DNA of 64,000 bases from Beijerinckiaceae bacterium (GTDB taxonomy: Bacteria; Pseudomonadota; Alphaproteobacteria; Rhizobiales; Beijerinckiaceae): contig JAUXWZ010000146.1 of the NCBI GenBank assembly GCA_030684835.1, positions 24,425 to 88,424 on the forward strand, read 5' to 3'. The position numbers and the translations under genes are program-made. The notes beneath the pieces are model-generated. The model made no database searches. It had not been told where the DNA came from and saw only the letters and a program-made list of their open reading frames with translations. Below, piece after piece: positions 20,499 to 30,112 of the stretch. Every line of letters begins with the position of its first letter. The stretch's first letter is position 1.

Positions 20499-21776
20499 TC
20501 ATTTTTGCCGTTTCTCTTGCGCCCTTCCAAGCGCAATCGCGATAGCCGCCCACCCGATCATGATGGGAATGGCGACCGCGGCGACGCCTGTCAGGCCGAG
20601 GCCGAGGCTGCGGAGCCCGGTAAAGAGCCAACTGAAGGCCAAATCGCCGCCGCGAAACACTGCCGTATCGATCAAATTCTTCGCCTTGTACTTTTCTTCG
20701 ACGGGAACCGACGTGAAGAAAATCTCGCGCGCCGGGTTCGAGAAAGCGAAATTGCCGACGCGCTGCAAAACCTGGAAGACAACGATGACCGCCAGCGCGG
20801 GCGCGACGGCGAGGGCTGCGAAACCGATAGCGAACACAAGTGGCAGAACCGCGGCTGACGGCCCGGCGCCAACGCGTTTTACAATCCGCCCTGTCGCGAA
20901 AAACTGAAATCCAAGCGTGAGCAGACTCGCCGCCAGATCCATGCCCGCAAAAATGCGCGTGCGGGTCGCTGGGTCAGTGGAGGCGGCGCGCACGACGTCG
21001 ATCTGGATGAAGTAAAGAAACGTGCCTGCGAGCGAGAGCAGGGCGACCCACGCCGCAATGCCGGCAAGATAGGGCGAGCGCAGGATGAGCTTGAAGCCAT
21101 CAAACATGCCGCCGCCCATTGGCGCCTGTTCGGTGGGCTTCTCGGACTGCTGCAAATCGGTGCGTTGCGGCGCTGCGCGCTCCAGTCGGATGGCGCAAAA
21201 GACCGCTAGTTCAAGGAGAATTGCAGCGACGATCAGAAGATTGACGGGCCCAAGCGCGCCCGCGAGCGTCACGGTGACAGTGGAGCCCAGCAGCGTGCCA
21301 GCCGAACCTCCAGCCGCAATGAAACCGAACAGTCGCTTGCTTTGCTCCGTGCGGTAAAGGTCGGCCATGAACGACCAGAACACCGACACGGCGAACAGGT
21401 TGAACACGCTGACCCAGACGAAGAAGACGCGCGCGGTTTCAACGCGCCAGGCGTCCGCCTGAAGCAGAACCCAGAAGACCGCCAGATTGAGAATGAAGAA
21501 GTGATAGACCAGCGGGATAAAGCGCTTGCGCGGCAGGCGCGCGACGGCCGCAGCATAGATTGGCGAGACGATCAACATGACGAAGAACGTGGCCGTGAAG
21601 AGCCATTGCAGGAAATCGCGGCCCGCCGCGGCGCCCATCTCGTCGCGCAAAGGGCGGAGGATGAAGTAGGAGGCGAGAAGAAAGAAGAAGTAGGCGAAAG
21701 ACCACAGGAGCGCTTTGACTTCTTCCGGCTTGGCTTCCACCAGCCTGCCGACGGCCCGTTGCACAATTGCTGTCAC
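20499..21776 (-). CDS. MFS transporter of the TLC/Npt (ATP:ADP translocase-like) group
   Basis: About 12 TM segments with YFILRPLRDEMG, VSVFWSFMADLY...KRLFGFI and NPAREIFF...KYKAKNLID. These resemble the AAA/TLC nucleotide-translocase family. Confidence 0.8.
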   Translation of the reverse strand: MTAIVQRAVGRLVEAKPEEVKALLWSFAYFFFLLASYFILRPLRDEMGAAAGRDFLQWLFTATFFVMLIVSPIYAAAVARLPRKRFIPLVYHFFILNLAVFWVLLQADAWRVETARVFFVWVSVFNLFAVSVFWSFMADLYRTEQSKRLFGFIAAGGSAGTLLGSTVTVTLAGALGPVNLLIVAAILLELAVFCAIRLERAAPQRTDLQQSEKPTEQAPMGGGMFDGFKLILRSPYLAGIAAWVALLSLAGTFLYFIQIDVVRAASTDPATRTRIFAGMDLAASLLTLGFQFFATGRIVKRVGAGPSAAVLPLVFAIGFAALAVAPALAVIVVFQVLQRVGNFAFSNPAREIFFTSVPVEEKYKAKNLIDTAVFRGGDLAFSWLFTGLRSLGLGLTGVAAVAIPIMIGWAAIAIALGRAQEKRQK

Positions 21777-21914
21777 GCTTTTTCCCCCTCGACCCCGTCA
21801 GCATTCTTTCCGAAACGCGGAGCGCGGCAAGTGCTGTTAGCGCAGATAGCGCGGAGTTGATGGTTTGCAGTGGCCCCGGTTCACACTAAAAAGCAGGTAA
21901 CAGGGGACTGGCGG

Positions 21915-22988
21915 ATGAATGAACACGCAAACTTTGACAAACCGGCAGGCGGGGCCCTTCCGGCAGACCACCCGCCCGTCGCTTTCGGAAAGGTTGGCGT
22001 TCTCATTGTCAATCTGGGCACGCCGGACGGCACCGATTACTGGTCGATGCGGCGCTATCTCAAGGAGTTTCTGTCCGACAGGCGCGTGATCGAGACGTCG
22101 CGTCTGATCTGGTGGCCGCTGCTCAACTTCGTCATCCTCAGCACGCGTCCCAGCCGAAAGGGCCGCGATTACGAGACCATCTGGAACAAGGAACGTGACG
22201 AAGGTCCGCTGCGCACGATCACGCGCTCGCAGGCCGAGAAGCTTGCGGAATGGATCGCAGGCGGTGGGCTTGGCGGCGCCAAGCGTACCGTGGTGGCGGA
22301 CTGGGCGATGCGATACGGCAATCCGTCGATTGCATCGCGGCTGACGTTTCTCCAGCAGCAGGGCTGCGAGCGTATTCTGGTCGTGCCGCTCTATCCGCAA
22401 TACGCCGCCGCAACGACGGCGACCGTCGCGGACAAAGCGTTCGATGCGTTGAAGGCCATGCGCTGGCAGCCAGCCGCGCGCATCGCGCCGCCATGGCATG
22501 ACGACCCCGCCTACATGGACGCGCTGGCGCGCTCCACGCGCCGCCAACTTGCCGCGCTTGATTTTGAGCCGGAGGTCATCGTCGCGTCTTTCCACGGCAT
22601 TCCGCAGGATTATTTCGACAAGGGCGATCCGTACCATTGCCATTGCATGAAGACGACGCGGCTGTTGCGCGAGGCGCTGGGATGGAGCGCTGATCGGCTG
22701 ATCACCACGTTTCAGTCGCGGTTCGGGCCGGCCGAATGGATCAAGCCGTACACTGATGCAACGATAAAGATGCTGGCGGAAAAGGGCGTGAAGCGGATAG
22801 CCGTGACCATGCCGGGTTTCGTCGCCGATTGTCTTGAAACGATCGAGGAAATCGGCATCGAAAATCGCGACATTTTCATCGAGCACGGCGGCGAGAAATT
22901 CGCGCGGCTCGATTGTCTCAATGACAGCGAGGAAGGAATGGCGGTGATCGAAGCTGTCGTTGCAAATGAATTGAAGGGCTGGATCTGA
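21915..22988 (+). CDS. hemH: Ferrochelatase
   Basis: VNLGTPD, YLKEFLSD, AMRYGNPS, PLYPQY, SFHGIP, FQSRFG and FVADCLETIEEI. Confidence 0.97.
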   Translation: MNEHANFDKPAGGALPADHPPVAFGKVGVLIVNLGTPDGTDYWSMRRYLKEFLSDRRVIETSRLIWWPLLNFVILSTRPSRKGRDYETIWNKERDEGPLRTITRSQAEKLAEWIAGGGLGGAKRTVVADWAMRYGNPSIASRLTFLQQQGCERILVVPLYPQYAAATTATVADKAFDALKAMRWQPAARIAPPWHDDPAYMDALARSTRRQLAALDFEPEVIVASFHGIPQDYFDKGDPYHCHCMKTTRLLREALGWSADRLITTFQSRFGPAEWIKPYTDATIKMLAEKGVKRIAVTMPGFVADCLETIEEIGIENRDIFIEHGGEKFARLDCLNDSEEGMAVIEAVVANELKGWI

Positions 22989-23016
22989 CGGCGCATTCGT
23001 TCAGGGAGCTAACGCC

Positions 23017-23331
23017 ATGGGCGCCTATTCTATCGTCATGACAACGGTCGATTCGCAGGAGGCGGCGGACGCCGTCATCGCGCGCGTGCTGGATGAAAAG
23101 CTCGCTGCGTGCGTGCAGGAGTCGCCAGTGACAAGCCATTATGTCTGGCAGGGCGAGCGGCAGCGCGATGCTGAAATTCTTTTACAGATGAAGATCAAGA
23201 CATCCGATTGGGACGCGTTGTGCGCTACGATCAGCGACGTTCATCCCTATGATACGCCCGAGATTGTTTGCGTCGCCATAGATGCGGGCGACGCGCGTTA
23301 TCTTGCATGGATCGCAGACGTGACGCGATAA
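23017..23331 (+). CDS. cutA: Divalent-cation tolerance protein CutA
   Basis: KLAACVQ, SHYVWQG...EILL and HPYDTPEI. Confidence 0.93.
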   Translation: MGAYSIVMTTVDSQEAADAVIARVLDEKLAACVQESPVTSHYVWQGERQRDAEILLQMKIKTSDWDALCATISDVHPYDTPEIVCVAIDAGDARYLAWIADVTR

Positions 23332-23334
23332 GCC

Positions 23335-23982
23335 CTACAACACAACCACACGTGCGCCGACGCGCACGCGATTGTAAAGATCGGCAACATCGTCGTTGAG
23401 CATGCGGATGCAGCCCGATGACACAGCCTGACCGATCGTCCAGGGCTCATTTGTCCCGTGTATGCGGAACAACGTGTCGTTCTTGCCCTGATAGAGATAG
23501 AGCGCGCGGGCGCCGAGCGGATTGTCGATGCCGCCGTCCATGAAGCGGGGAAGATCCGGCCGGCGCTTCAGCATTGCGGCGGGTGGCCTCCAACTGGGCC
23601 AGGCCGCCTTGCGTCCAACCTGCGCGCGGCCGCGCCACGAAAATCCCTCGCGTCCGACGCCGACGCCGTATCGGATCGCCCGACCATCGCCCAGCGAATA
23701 GAAGAGGGCGCGAGTTCTGGTGTCGATGGTGATCGTTCCTGCGCTCTGGCGCGTTGGATCGGCGACCAGCGCACGCGTCGATCTGCGGATGGCGCGCTGC
23801 GGCGCAGCGTATTCGTCAACAAAGTAATCGGGCGAATTGATCGATGCTGTCGTGATGCGCGTGTCGCGTGAGGCTTGCGGGCCAGCTTGAAACCATTGCG
23901 CAGAGGCGCTCAGCGAAGAGCCGGCCAGGATCCCAATTGATACAAGAATTGCGCGGGCCGTGTGCGTGTGACATGTCGGCAT
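23335..23982 (-). CDS. L,D-transpeptidase (ErfK/YbiS/YkuD family)
   Basis: Sec signal, AIRYGVGVGREG, NPLGARALYL and FRIHGTNEPWTIGQAVSSGCIRM. The start is uncertain (23982-24015). Confidence 0.92.
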   Translation of the reverse strand: MPTCHTHTARAILVSIGILAGSSLSASAQWFQAGPQASRDTRITTASINSPDYFVDEYAAPQRAIRRSTRALVADPTRQSAGTITIDTRTRALFYSLGDGRAIRYGVGVGREGFSWRGRAQVGRKAAWPSWRPPAAMLKRRPDLPRFMDGGIDNPLGARALYLYQGKNDTLFRIHGTNEPWTIGQAVSSGCIRMLNDDVADLYNRVRVGARVVVL

Positions 23983-24072
23983 GGAACACCCCTGCATGAC
24001 CAACGCCTTTTTCACAAAAAGGCAAAGTTGTGACAGGACGTGAACGGGGAGGCGGGCTCGAATGTTCCGCGC

Positions 24073-25407
24073 CTAGCGGCGGGGCCAGCGGAAATCGTCG
24101 GCGCGACCTGCACGGCTTTCAGGTGGCGGGCTGTCCAGCAGGTTTCCGTCGCCGCGCAGGGGCACTGTGGCCAGTTCTCCGCCCGGCGATAGCGCGCTGG
24201 CGGTCAGGGGCGCCACACGTCCTGCTAAAGGCCGGACTGGCGCGACAGGTTCGGGGGCGGGGACAGGGACGGGCATGCCGCCGGGACTGGACGTTTCTGG
24301 CTGCGGACGGGCATCGAACGAGGCGTTTTGCGGCGCTCCCGGGGCGTCGGCGATGGCTGGCGCAAGCGCCCCGGGCGAGCGCAGATCGAGACGCCGCTTC
24401 ACATCGGCCTCAAGGAAGTAGGCGAGTTTGCGGGCGCCTGCACGGGTGAAGTGAACGCCGTCACCGGTTCGGATGCGCGTCACGTGGCCGTTGAGATCAG
24501 GGCCGGAGAGCGTGAAGCGATTGCGCTCGTCAACGAACGGCTCCCAGACATCGACATACGTCGCGCCCGTTTTCTGCACGGCCTCGCGATAAATTTCGTT
24601 AAACTGGGCGATGTCCGCCGACAGGCGTTCGTTCTTCATGACGGTCATGCCGACCCAGATGAGCGGGACGCCCTTGTTCCGGAACGCTTCCGCAATAGCG
24701 GTTGCGCGCGCCCGGTAAGTGTCTTTCCATTTGTCGGACAGGATATCGGCGGTTTGTCCGCCCTCGCGGATCGGCTGACGGTCGTTGCTCCCAAGCATCA
24801 TGACGGCGAGGTCGATCTTCTGGTCAGAGGCCAGAAACTCCTGAATGGTTTTTGGCCAGTCATAATAGTCGTCGCGGACGAGGCCGGTGTTCTCGCGGGC
24901 CCGCCGCAAAACCGTAACATTATGTTCGGCATACGCGTCCGTAACACCCTGCGCGAGCATCTGGGCGACGTTATCGCCGAAGATGGCGATCACGAAGGGT
25001 GGTCCGGCGGGAGCTGTTGGTTGAACGGTTGCATCAGGGCCGGAGTTTGCGACGGGTGCTGCAACGCCTGCGGTTGCGCTGGGTGTGTCTGGCATAGGCG
25101 TGGACGCGGAGGCGGCGGCCACTGCGGCAGCGGAGTCCGCCGGCACTTCCTTCGCGAAGCCTCGCCGTGGCGCGACTCCGCGCGTCATTCTGGTTGGTCG
25201 TTGAATGACCACCGGCGGCTTGCGCCGCACGGACTGTCGCTGGCGTTCGAGGCGCCAGAAGACGGCGGGACTCGACTCGTCCTCCCATTGCGCCACCGCG
25301 GGTGTCGGCGTCACGCTGACGCCGAGAACGGCAACCAGAACGGACGCTGCGAGGGACGCGGCGATCAAAAACAGCAGGCGGCGCGGATCCGAGAGTGTCG
25401 TTCGCAT
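24073..25407 (-). CDS. DUF459 / SGNH-GDSL-like periplasmic protein
   Basis: Signal/TM anchor, NTGLVRDDYYDW, MLGSNDRQ and DGVHFT. Block I reads GDNV instead of GDS. Confidence 0.85.
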   Translation of the reverse strand: MRTTLSDPRRLLFLIAASLAASVLVAVLGVSVTPTPAVAQWEDESSPAVFWRLERQRQSVRRKPPVVIQRPTRMTRGVAPRRGFAKEVPADSAAAVAAASASTPMPDTPSATAGVAAPVANSGPDATVQPTAPAGPPFVIAIFGDNVAQMLAQGVTDAYAEHNVTVLRRARENTGLVRDDYYDWPKTIQEFLASDQKIDLAVMMLGSNDRQPIREGGQTADILSDKWKDTYRARATAIAEAFRNKGVPLIWVGMTVMKNERLSADIAQFNEIYREAVQKTGATYVDVWEPFVDERNRFTLSGPDLNGHVTRIRTGDGVHFTRAGARKLAYFLEADVKRRLDLRSPGALAPAIADAPGAPQNASFDARPQPETSSPGGMPVPVPAPEPVAPVRPLAGRVAPLTASALSPGGELATVPLRGDGNLLDSPPPESRAGRADDFRWPRR

Positions 25408-25424
25408 GATCGTATTATAGCGCC

Positions 25425-26753
25425 TCAGCGCGCTTTGCGCATCCGTTCCAGCAGCGTGGCCGTGGCGTACCCGTCGGCGACTATGCCCTGCCGGCGTTGG
25501 AAGGCGCGGATGGCGTTTTGCACCTGTTCTCCAATGCGTCCATCAATATCGCCGACATTGAAGCCGAGGCGTTGCAGATTGCGCTGCATCTCCATGACTT
25601 GCTTGGTGGAAAGCGGCTTTTCGCCCTTGGGCCAAGTTCCCGCCATAGGGCCGCCGCCAGCGATGCGCGAACTCAGCATCGCGACCGCCAGCATGTAGGC
25701 TTGGGACATGTTGTAGCTGCGGATGACGCGGTAGTTAGCCGTCACAAGAAACGCCGGTCCGCGCACGCCTGCGGGCAGCCAGAGTCCGGCTTCGCCATTG
25801 TTCGTCAAAGCGCCCCCGTCCGCGCGGCGCACGCCCATGCGCGCCCAGTCGGAGAAGCGGCGCATGGCCTGCGGATCATGCGGCGACACATCGAAACGCT
25901 CTGGCAATGTGACTTCATAGCCCCAGGGCAACCCGCGCTGCCAGCCATGCTGGGCGAGATAATTGGCGGTTGAGGCGAGGGCGTCAGGAATGTTGTTCCA
26001 GATGTCCTTATGCCGGTCGCCGTTGTAGTCCACCGCCCATTTCATGAAGCTGGACGGCATGAACTGCGTATGACCCATGGCGCCGGCCCACGACCCGGTC
26101 ATTTGCGAGGCGGCGACATGGCCCTCTTGCAAGATTTGAAGAGCGGTCAGCAATTCATTGCGGAAGAACTCCGGGCGGATGCCTTTGAAAACAAGCGTCG
26201 CCAGCGAACGGAACACATTCTTGTTGCCTGTGAATCCGCCAAAGCTTGTCTCGACGCCCCAGATGGCCAGAACGACGCTCGGATCAACGCCATACTGGCG
26301 TTCGAGGTTAGCCAGGGTCTGCGCATATTCACGGGCCATTGCGCGGCCGCGGTCAACGCGTTGCTGTGTCACGGCGCCGTTGACATAATCCCACACCGGG
26401 CGGACGAATTCCGCCTGCCGCGCAGACGTCGCGCCAATTGATGGGTCAATGGTGATCTTGCCCAAGGCTGCGTCGAATGTTGCGCGCGACACGCTGCGGG
26501 CGCGCGCCTCTGGCCAGAGACCTTCGACGAAATTGCGGAATGCGACGGCGTCGCTTTTCGCGCTCGCGGCCTGCTGGGGTTTGGCCGTCTGCGCGCCCGC
26601 AGGTTTCGCGTGCATGACAAACGCGGTGACGCAGGCCACCCCCGCCGCCACGAGGAGCGCGCGTAACGCTTGCCCTGCCGTTAGTCCTGATCGCGTCCAG
26701 CCGATCGGCCGTTCCGGGTGCGTCACCCGCATTTTTCTACGCAAGGCCGCCAT
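25425..26753 (-). CDS. Lytic murein transglycosylase (MltB/SLT_2) with PG-binding domain
   Basis: QAEFVRPVWDY, AIWGVETSFG, GSWAGAMGHTQFMPS, SYNMSQAY and a C-terminal PG-binding domain. The start is uncertain (26732/26753). Confidence 0.93.
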   Translation of the reverse strand: MAALRRKMRVTHPERPIGWTRSGLTAGQALRALLVAAGVACVTAFVMHAKPAGAQTAKPQQAASAKSDAVAFRNFVEGLWPEARARSVSRATFDAALGKITIDPSIGATSARQAEFVRPVWDYVNGAVTQQRVDRGRAMAREYAQTLANLERQYGVDPSVVLAIWGVETSFGGFTGNKNVFRSLATLVFKGIRPEFFRNELLTALQILQEGHVAASQMTGSWAGAMGHTQFMPSSFMKWAVDYNGDRHKDIWNNIPDALASTANYLAQHGWQRGLPWGYEVTLPERFDVSPHDPQAMRRFSDWARMGVRRADGGALTNNGEAGLWLPAGVRGPAFLVTANYRVIRSYNMSQAYMLAVAMLSSRIAGGGPMAGTWPKGEKPLSTKQVMEMQRNLQRLGFNVGDIDGRIGEQVQNAIRAFQRRQGIVADGYATATLLERMRKAR

Positions 26754-26936
26754 GCCTATAACTCCGGCGCTAACTGGGGGCCGTACTGGTGGCCCCAACT
26801 CCAACATGCACGCAAAGTATGGCGAACTTGTTTCGGATTCATTTACCACAAGCGGAGCCGGGGTGCTGGCGGCGGAGGCGTTGCCGTGACACCATTCCGC
26901 CCGAATCGCCATCAGCGGCGCAGGAGTGCAACGATC

Positions 26937-27908
26937 ATGGACGCGACCGGCTTCAGTATTTTCGCCTTAGCTATCGTCATTTTCGTGCTTGCAACCATCG
27001 CGATGGGTGTGCGGCAGGTTCCGCAAGGCTATGCTTACACTGTTGAACGGTTTGGCAAATATTACAAAACGCTTTTTCCGGGCCTGGGAATTATCATGCC
27101 CTGGATCGACCGCATCGGCCGCAAGCTGAACATGATGGAGCAAGTGCTCGACGTGCCGACTCAGGAGGTCATCACGAAGGACAACGCCACAGTCTCGGTT
27201 GATGGCGTGCTGTTCTTTCAGGTGCTGGACGCCGCGCGGGCGTCCTACGAGGTCGCGGATTTGCAGAACGCGCTGCTCAATCTGACGATGACGAATATCC
27301 GCACGGTGATGGGGTCGATGGACCTCGACGCCCTGCTCTCGCATCGCGATGAAATCAATACACGCCTGTTGACGGTGATTGACAGCGCCGCACAGCCATG
27401 GGGCATCAAGACCAATCGCGTCGAGATCAAGGACATCGTTCCGCCGCGCGATCTTGTTGACTCAATGGGCCGGCAAATGAAGGCGGAGCGAGAGAAGCGG
27501 GCCTCAATCCTTGAAGCGGAAGGCGCCCGCGCCGCCGAGATTTTGCGCGCCGAGGGCAAGAAGGCGGCGCTCGTGCTCGATGCTGAAGGGCGCAAGGAAG
27601 CAGCGTTTCGCGACGCGGAGGCGCGTGAACGTCAGGCCGAAGCAGAGGCGACCGCGACGAAAATGCTGAGTGACGCCATCGCCAGCGGTGATACTGCGGC
27701 CATCAATTATTTCATCGCCGAAAAATACGTGAAGGCCATCGAGGCGCTGGCAACTTCTCCGAACCAGAAGACGTTTATCATGCCCATGGAAATGGCGGGC
27801 CTTGCGGGAACATTGGCCGGCATCTCTGAAGTCGCGCGCGCCGCTTTTGCGCAGGTGGAGACGCCGCGCCGGCCTGGTAGCGTTCCTGCCTCGCCGCGGC
27901 AAGGCTGA
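26937..27908 (+). CDS. SPFH/band-7 (QmcA/stomatin-like) membrane protein
   Basis: VERFGKY, QEVITKDNATVSVDG, NIRTVMGSMDLD, WGIKTNRVEIKDI and a coiled coil. RBS CAGGAG upstream. Confidence 0.95.
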   Translation: MDATGFSIFALAIVIFVLATIAMGVRQVPQGYAYTVERFGKYYKTLFPGLGIIMPWIDRIGRKLNMMEQVLDVPTQEVITKDNATVSVDGVLFFQVLDAARASYEVADLQNALLNLTMTNIRTVMGSMDLDALLSHRDEINTRLLTVIDSAAQPWGIKTNRVEIKDIVPPRDLVDSMGRQMKAEREKRASILEAEGARAAEILRAEGKKAALVLDAEGRKEAAFRDAEARERQAEAEATATKMLSDAIASGDTAAINYFIAEKYVKAIEALATSPNQKTFIMPMEMAGLAGTLAGISEVARAAFAQVETPRRPGSVPASPRQG

Positions 27909-27918
27909 GGAGGGCCCC

Positions 27919-28347
27919 GTGGAAACCTTTTGGTATTGGCTGATTGGCGGCATCCTTCTGTGCGCGGCGGAGGCGTTGGCGCCAGGCATGTTTCTTCTGT
28001 GGCTAGGCGTTGCCGCCATCGCGACCGGCCTCTTGATGAGCGCGATCAACCTGAGCTTCGCGTGGTCGATGATCTGGTTTGGCCTGCTGGCGATCGTCGC
28101 CGTCGTGATTGGCCGCAAGTTTTACGGCGCGAGCGAGAGGGAGAGCGACCAGCCGTTTCTCAATCGCCGCGCTGACGCGATGGTGGGGCGCACGTATGTG
28201 TTGGCGCATCCCATCAAGGCGGGCGAGGGGCGTCTGATTGTAAACGACACGCAATGGGGGCTGCGCGGACCCGATCTTCCCGCAGGGACGAAGGTTCTCG
28301 TGACGGGCGTGCAGGACTCGACTTTTCTTCTGGTCGAGCAGGCCTGA
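27919..28347 (+). CDS. NfeD-like C-terminal domain protein (YbbJ type)
   Basis: WLIGGILLCAAEALAPGMFLLWLG, LNRRADAMVGR and DTQWGLRGPDLP. It is the standard partner of an SPFH gene. Confidence 0.9.
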   Translation: METFWYWLIGGILLCAAEALAPGMFLLWLGVAAIATGLLMSAINLSFAWSMIWFGLLAIVAVVIGRKFYGASERESDQPFLNRRADAMVGRTYVLAHPIKAGEGRLIVNDTQWGLRGPDLPAGTKVLVTGVQDSTFLLVEQA

Positions 28348-28394
28348 CATTTCGGTCAGCGAGCCCGATTTCCCGGCTGCTGATCCGAGCGAGC

Positions 28395-28410
28395 TTAAGG
28401 CGTCATTAAC
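28395..28410. promoter_or_regulatory. CtrA box
   Basis: Exact TTAA-ggcgtca-TTAAC, about 40 nt upstream of the beta-barrel gene. Confidence 0.75.
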
Positions 28411-28451
28411 CAAGTCTGGTCATAAATCGTTCACCAGCGCGCTCCGCGCAG

Positions 28452-30056
28452 GTGGCGAGGCATTCCTTGTTTCCGTTCGCAAACGGCGATTATCGCACGC
28501 CGGGATATTTCTTGCTTCTGTCCGCGCTCGTCGCTGCCGGCCCTGCTGTCGCACAGCAAAGACCGGGCGGCGACGGTTCACTGCTGCGCGGCTCGGTGGC
28601 GCCAGACGATTCGCGGACTTACCGCCCATCTGGCGGCTCGATCCCAGCGGGGCTGCAAGCGCCGGACGCTCCGCTGTTTGACAGCGCATCGCAGGCGTCC
28701 AATTACGGTCGCCCCCGTCCGAAGGTCGACAAGAAAGCGCGCTATTCTGGCCGCAAGGCGATCAGCGCCAGGAAACTTCCGCCGACAGAGCCTTATCGCA
28801 CCGCGCCCGCCAGTGTGCGGGCGGCGCACACGCCGTCCCCTGCCGCTGACGCAGCGCCGCCGCCGCCATCGTTCGCCGCCCAGCCGGCCCCGCCGCCCAA
28901 GCGCCGCCCGCGCGTCGAGGCAGACCCTTATGGGGCGCTTGGCGTGCAAATGGGGAGCATCAACGTCAAACCTTATCTCGACTTGCAGGCGGGATATGAT
29001 TCCAATCCGCGACGGTCGCCGACGAAAGAGGGCTCGCCCGTTCTTCGCGGCGGCCTTGGCTTCACCGCCCAGTCTGACTGGTCGCGCCACGAGCTGACCG
29101 CCGAAGCGACAGGCTCCTATCTGCGCTTCTCGAAGACGCCGGACGCCGACCGGCCCGAGGGCTCGGGCAAAGCGAACCTGCGGCTCGATATACTGCGCGA
29201 TACGTTCGCCAATTTTGAGTTGCGTGGCGCGTTGTCGACACAGCGTCCCGGCTCGCCCAATGTGCCCGGCGCCACGATCAATCAGCCGACCGTCGCCAGC
29301 TTTGGCGCCACGACCGCGCTCACCCAGCGTTTCGGGCGCACAGAGGCGAGCGTTTCGTTTCTCGCCGACCGGCGCGTGTATGGCGACGCCGAGTTGGCGG
29401 GCGGGGGTGTTTCACGCTTGTCGCAGGACAATTACAACGCCTACGGAGTGCGCGGGCGCGTCGGCCACGAGTTCACGCCCGGCGTGAAACCGTTCGTCGA
29501 AGTTGGCGCGGACGTGCGCCGACGCGACGAGCCCATTGATTCATCGGGATTCGATCGCGATTCGTCTGGTTTTCTTGCGCGAATAGGCTCGACCTTCGAG
29601 ATCACCCGCACGCTGACGGGCGAAGCCAGCGCGGGCTATGCGCGGCGCGTCTATAACGACAATCGCCTGCCCATTCTTGCAGGTCCGACGCTGGATGGAC
29701 GGCTTGTGTGGGCTGCGACGCCACTCACAACGCTCACCCTGCGCGCGGCGACAGAACTGAATGAAACTACGGTGGCAGGCGCATCAGGCGCTATCAGTCA
29801 TACGCTCTCAGCCGACGTGTCGCACGCGCTGCTGCGCAACCTGACGCTGGGCGCCGGTCTCTCGTTCAACGATACGCAATATAAAGGCGCGCCCATCACC
29901 GAGCGCACGTGGGTTGGAGCGCTGCGGAGCGAGTACGCATTCAACCGATTGTTGCGGATGCGGGGCAGCTACGCCTACGAGAAATTGGACTCCTCGCAGG
30001 CGGGCGCAAGCTACAACGCCCATATCTTACTGCTCGGGCTTCGCCTGACCCCGTAA
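28452..30056 (+). CDS. Outer-membrane beta-barrel protein (putative polysaccharide-export barrel type)
   Basis: Signal peptide, Pro-rich N-region, GYDSNP...QSDWSRHEL start of the barrel, alternating amphipathic strands and C-terminal LLGLRLTP. Confidence 0.8.
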   Translation: MARHSLFPFANGDYRTPGYFLLLSALVAAGPAVAQQRPGGDGSLLRGSVAPDDSRTYRPSGGSIPAGLQAPDAPLFDSASQASNYGRPRPKVDKKARYSGRKAISARKLPPTEPYRTAPASVRAAHTPSPAADAAPPPPSFAAQPAPPPKRRPRVEADPYGALGVQMGSINVKPYLDLQAGYDSNPRRSPTKEGSPVLRGGLGFTAQSDWSRHELTAEATGSYLRFSKTPDADRPEGSGKANLRLDILRDTFANFELRGALSTQRPGSPNVPGATINQPTVASFGATTALTQRFGRTEASVSFLADRRVYGDAELAGGGVSRLSQDNYNAYGVRGRVGHEFTPGVKPFVEVGADVRRRDEPIDSSGFDRDSSGFLARIGSTFEITRTLTGEASAGYARRVYNDNRLPILAGPTLDGRLVWAATPLTTLTLRAATELNETTVAGASGAISHTLSADVSHALLRNLTLGAGLSFNDTQYKGAPITERTWVGALRSEYAFNRLLRMRGSYAYEKLDSSQAGASYNAHILLLGLRLTP

Positions 30057-30060
30057 TGCT

Positions 30061-30086
30061 GGAACTGCCGCTCGGACTTCGGCATT
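30061..30086 (+). promoter_or_regulatory. Candidate sigmaEcfG (general stress) promoter
   Basis: GGAAC-N17-CATT, 26 nt upstream of ATG 30113. Confidence 0.5.
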
Positions 30087-30112
30087 CGTCCATTATCAAC
30101 AAGGGGACCGAG

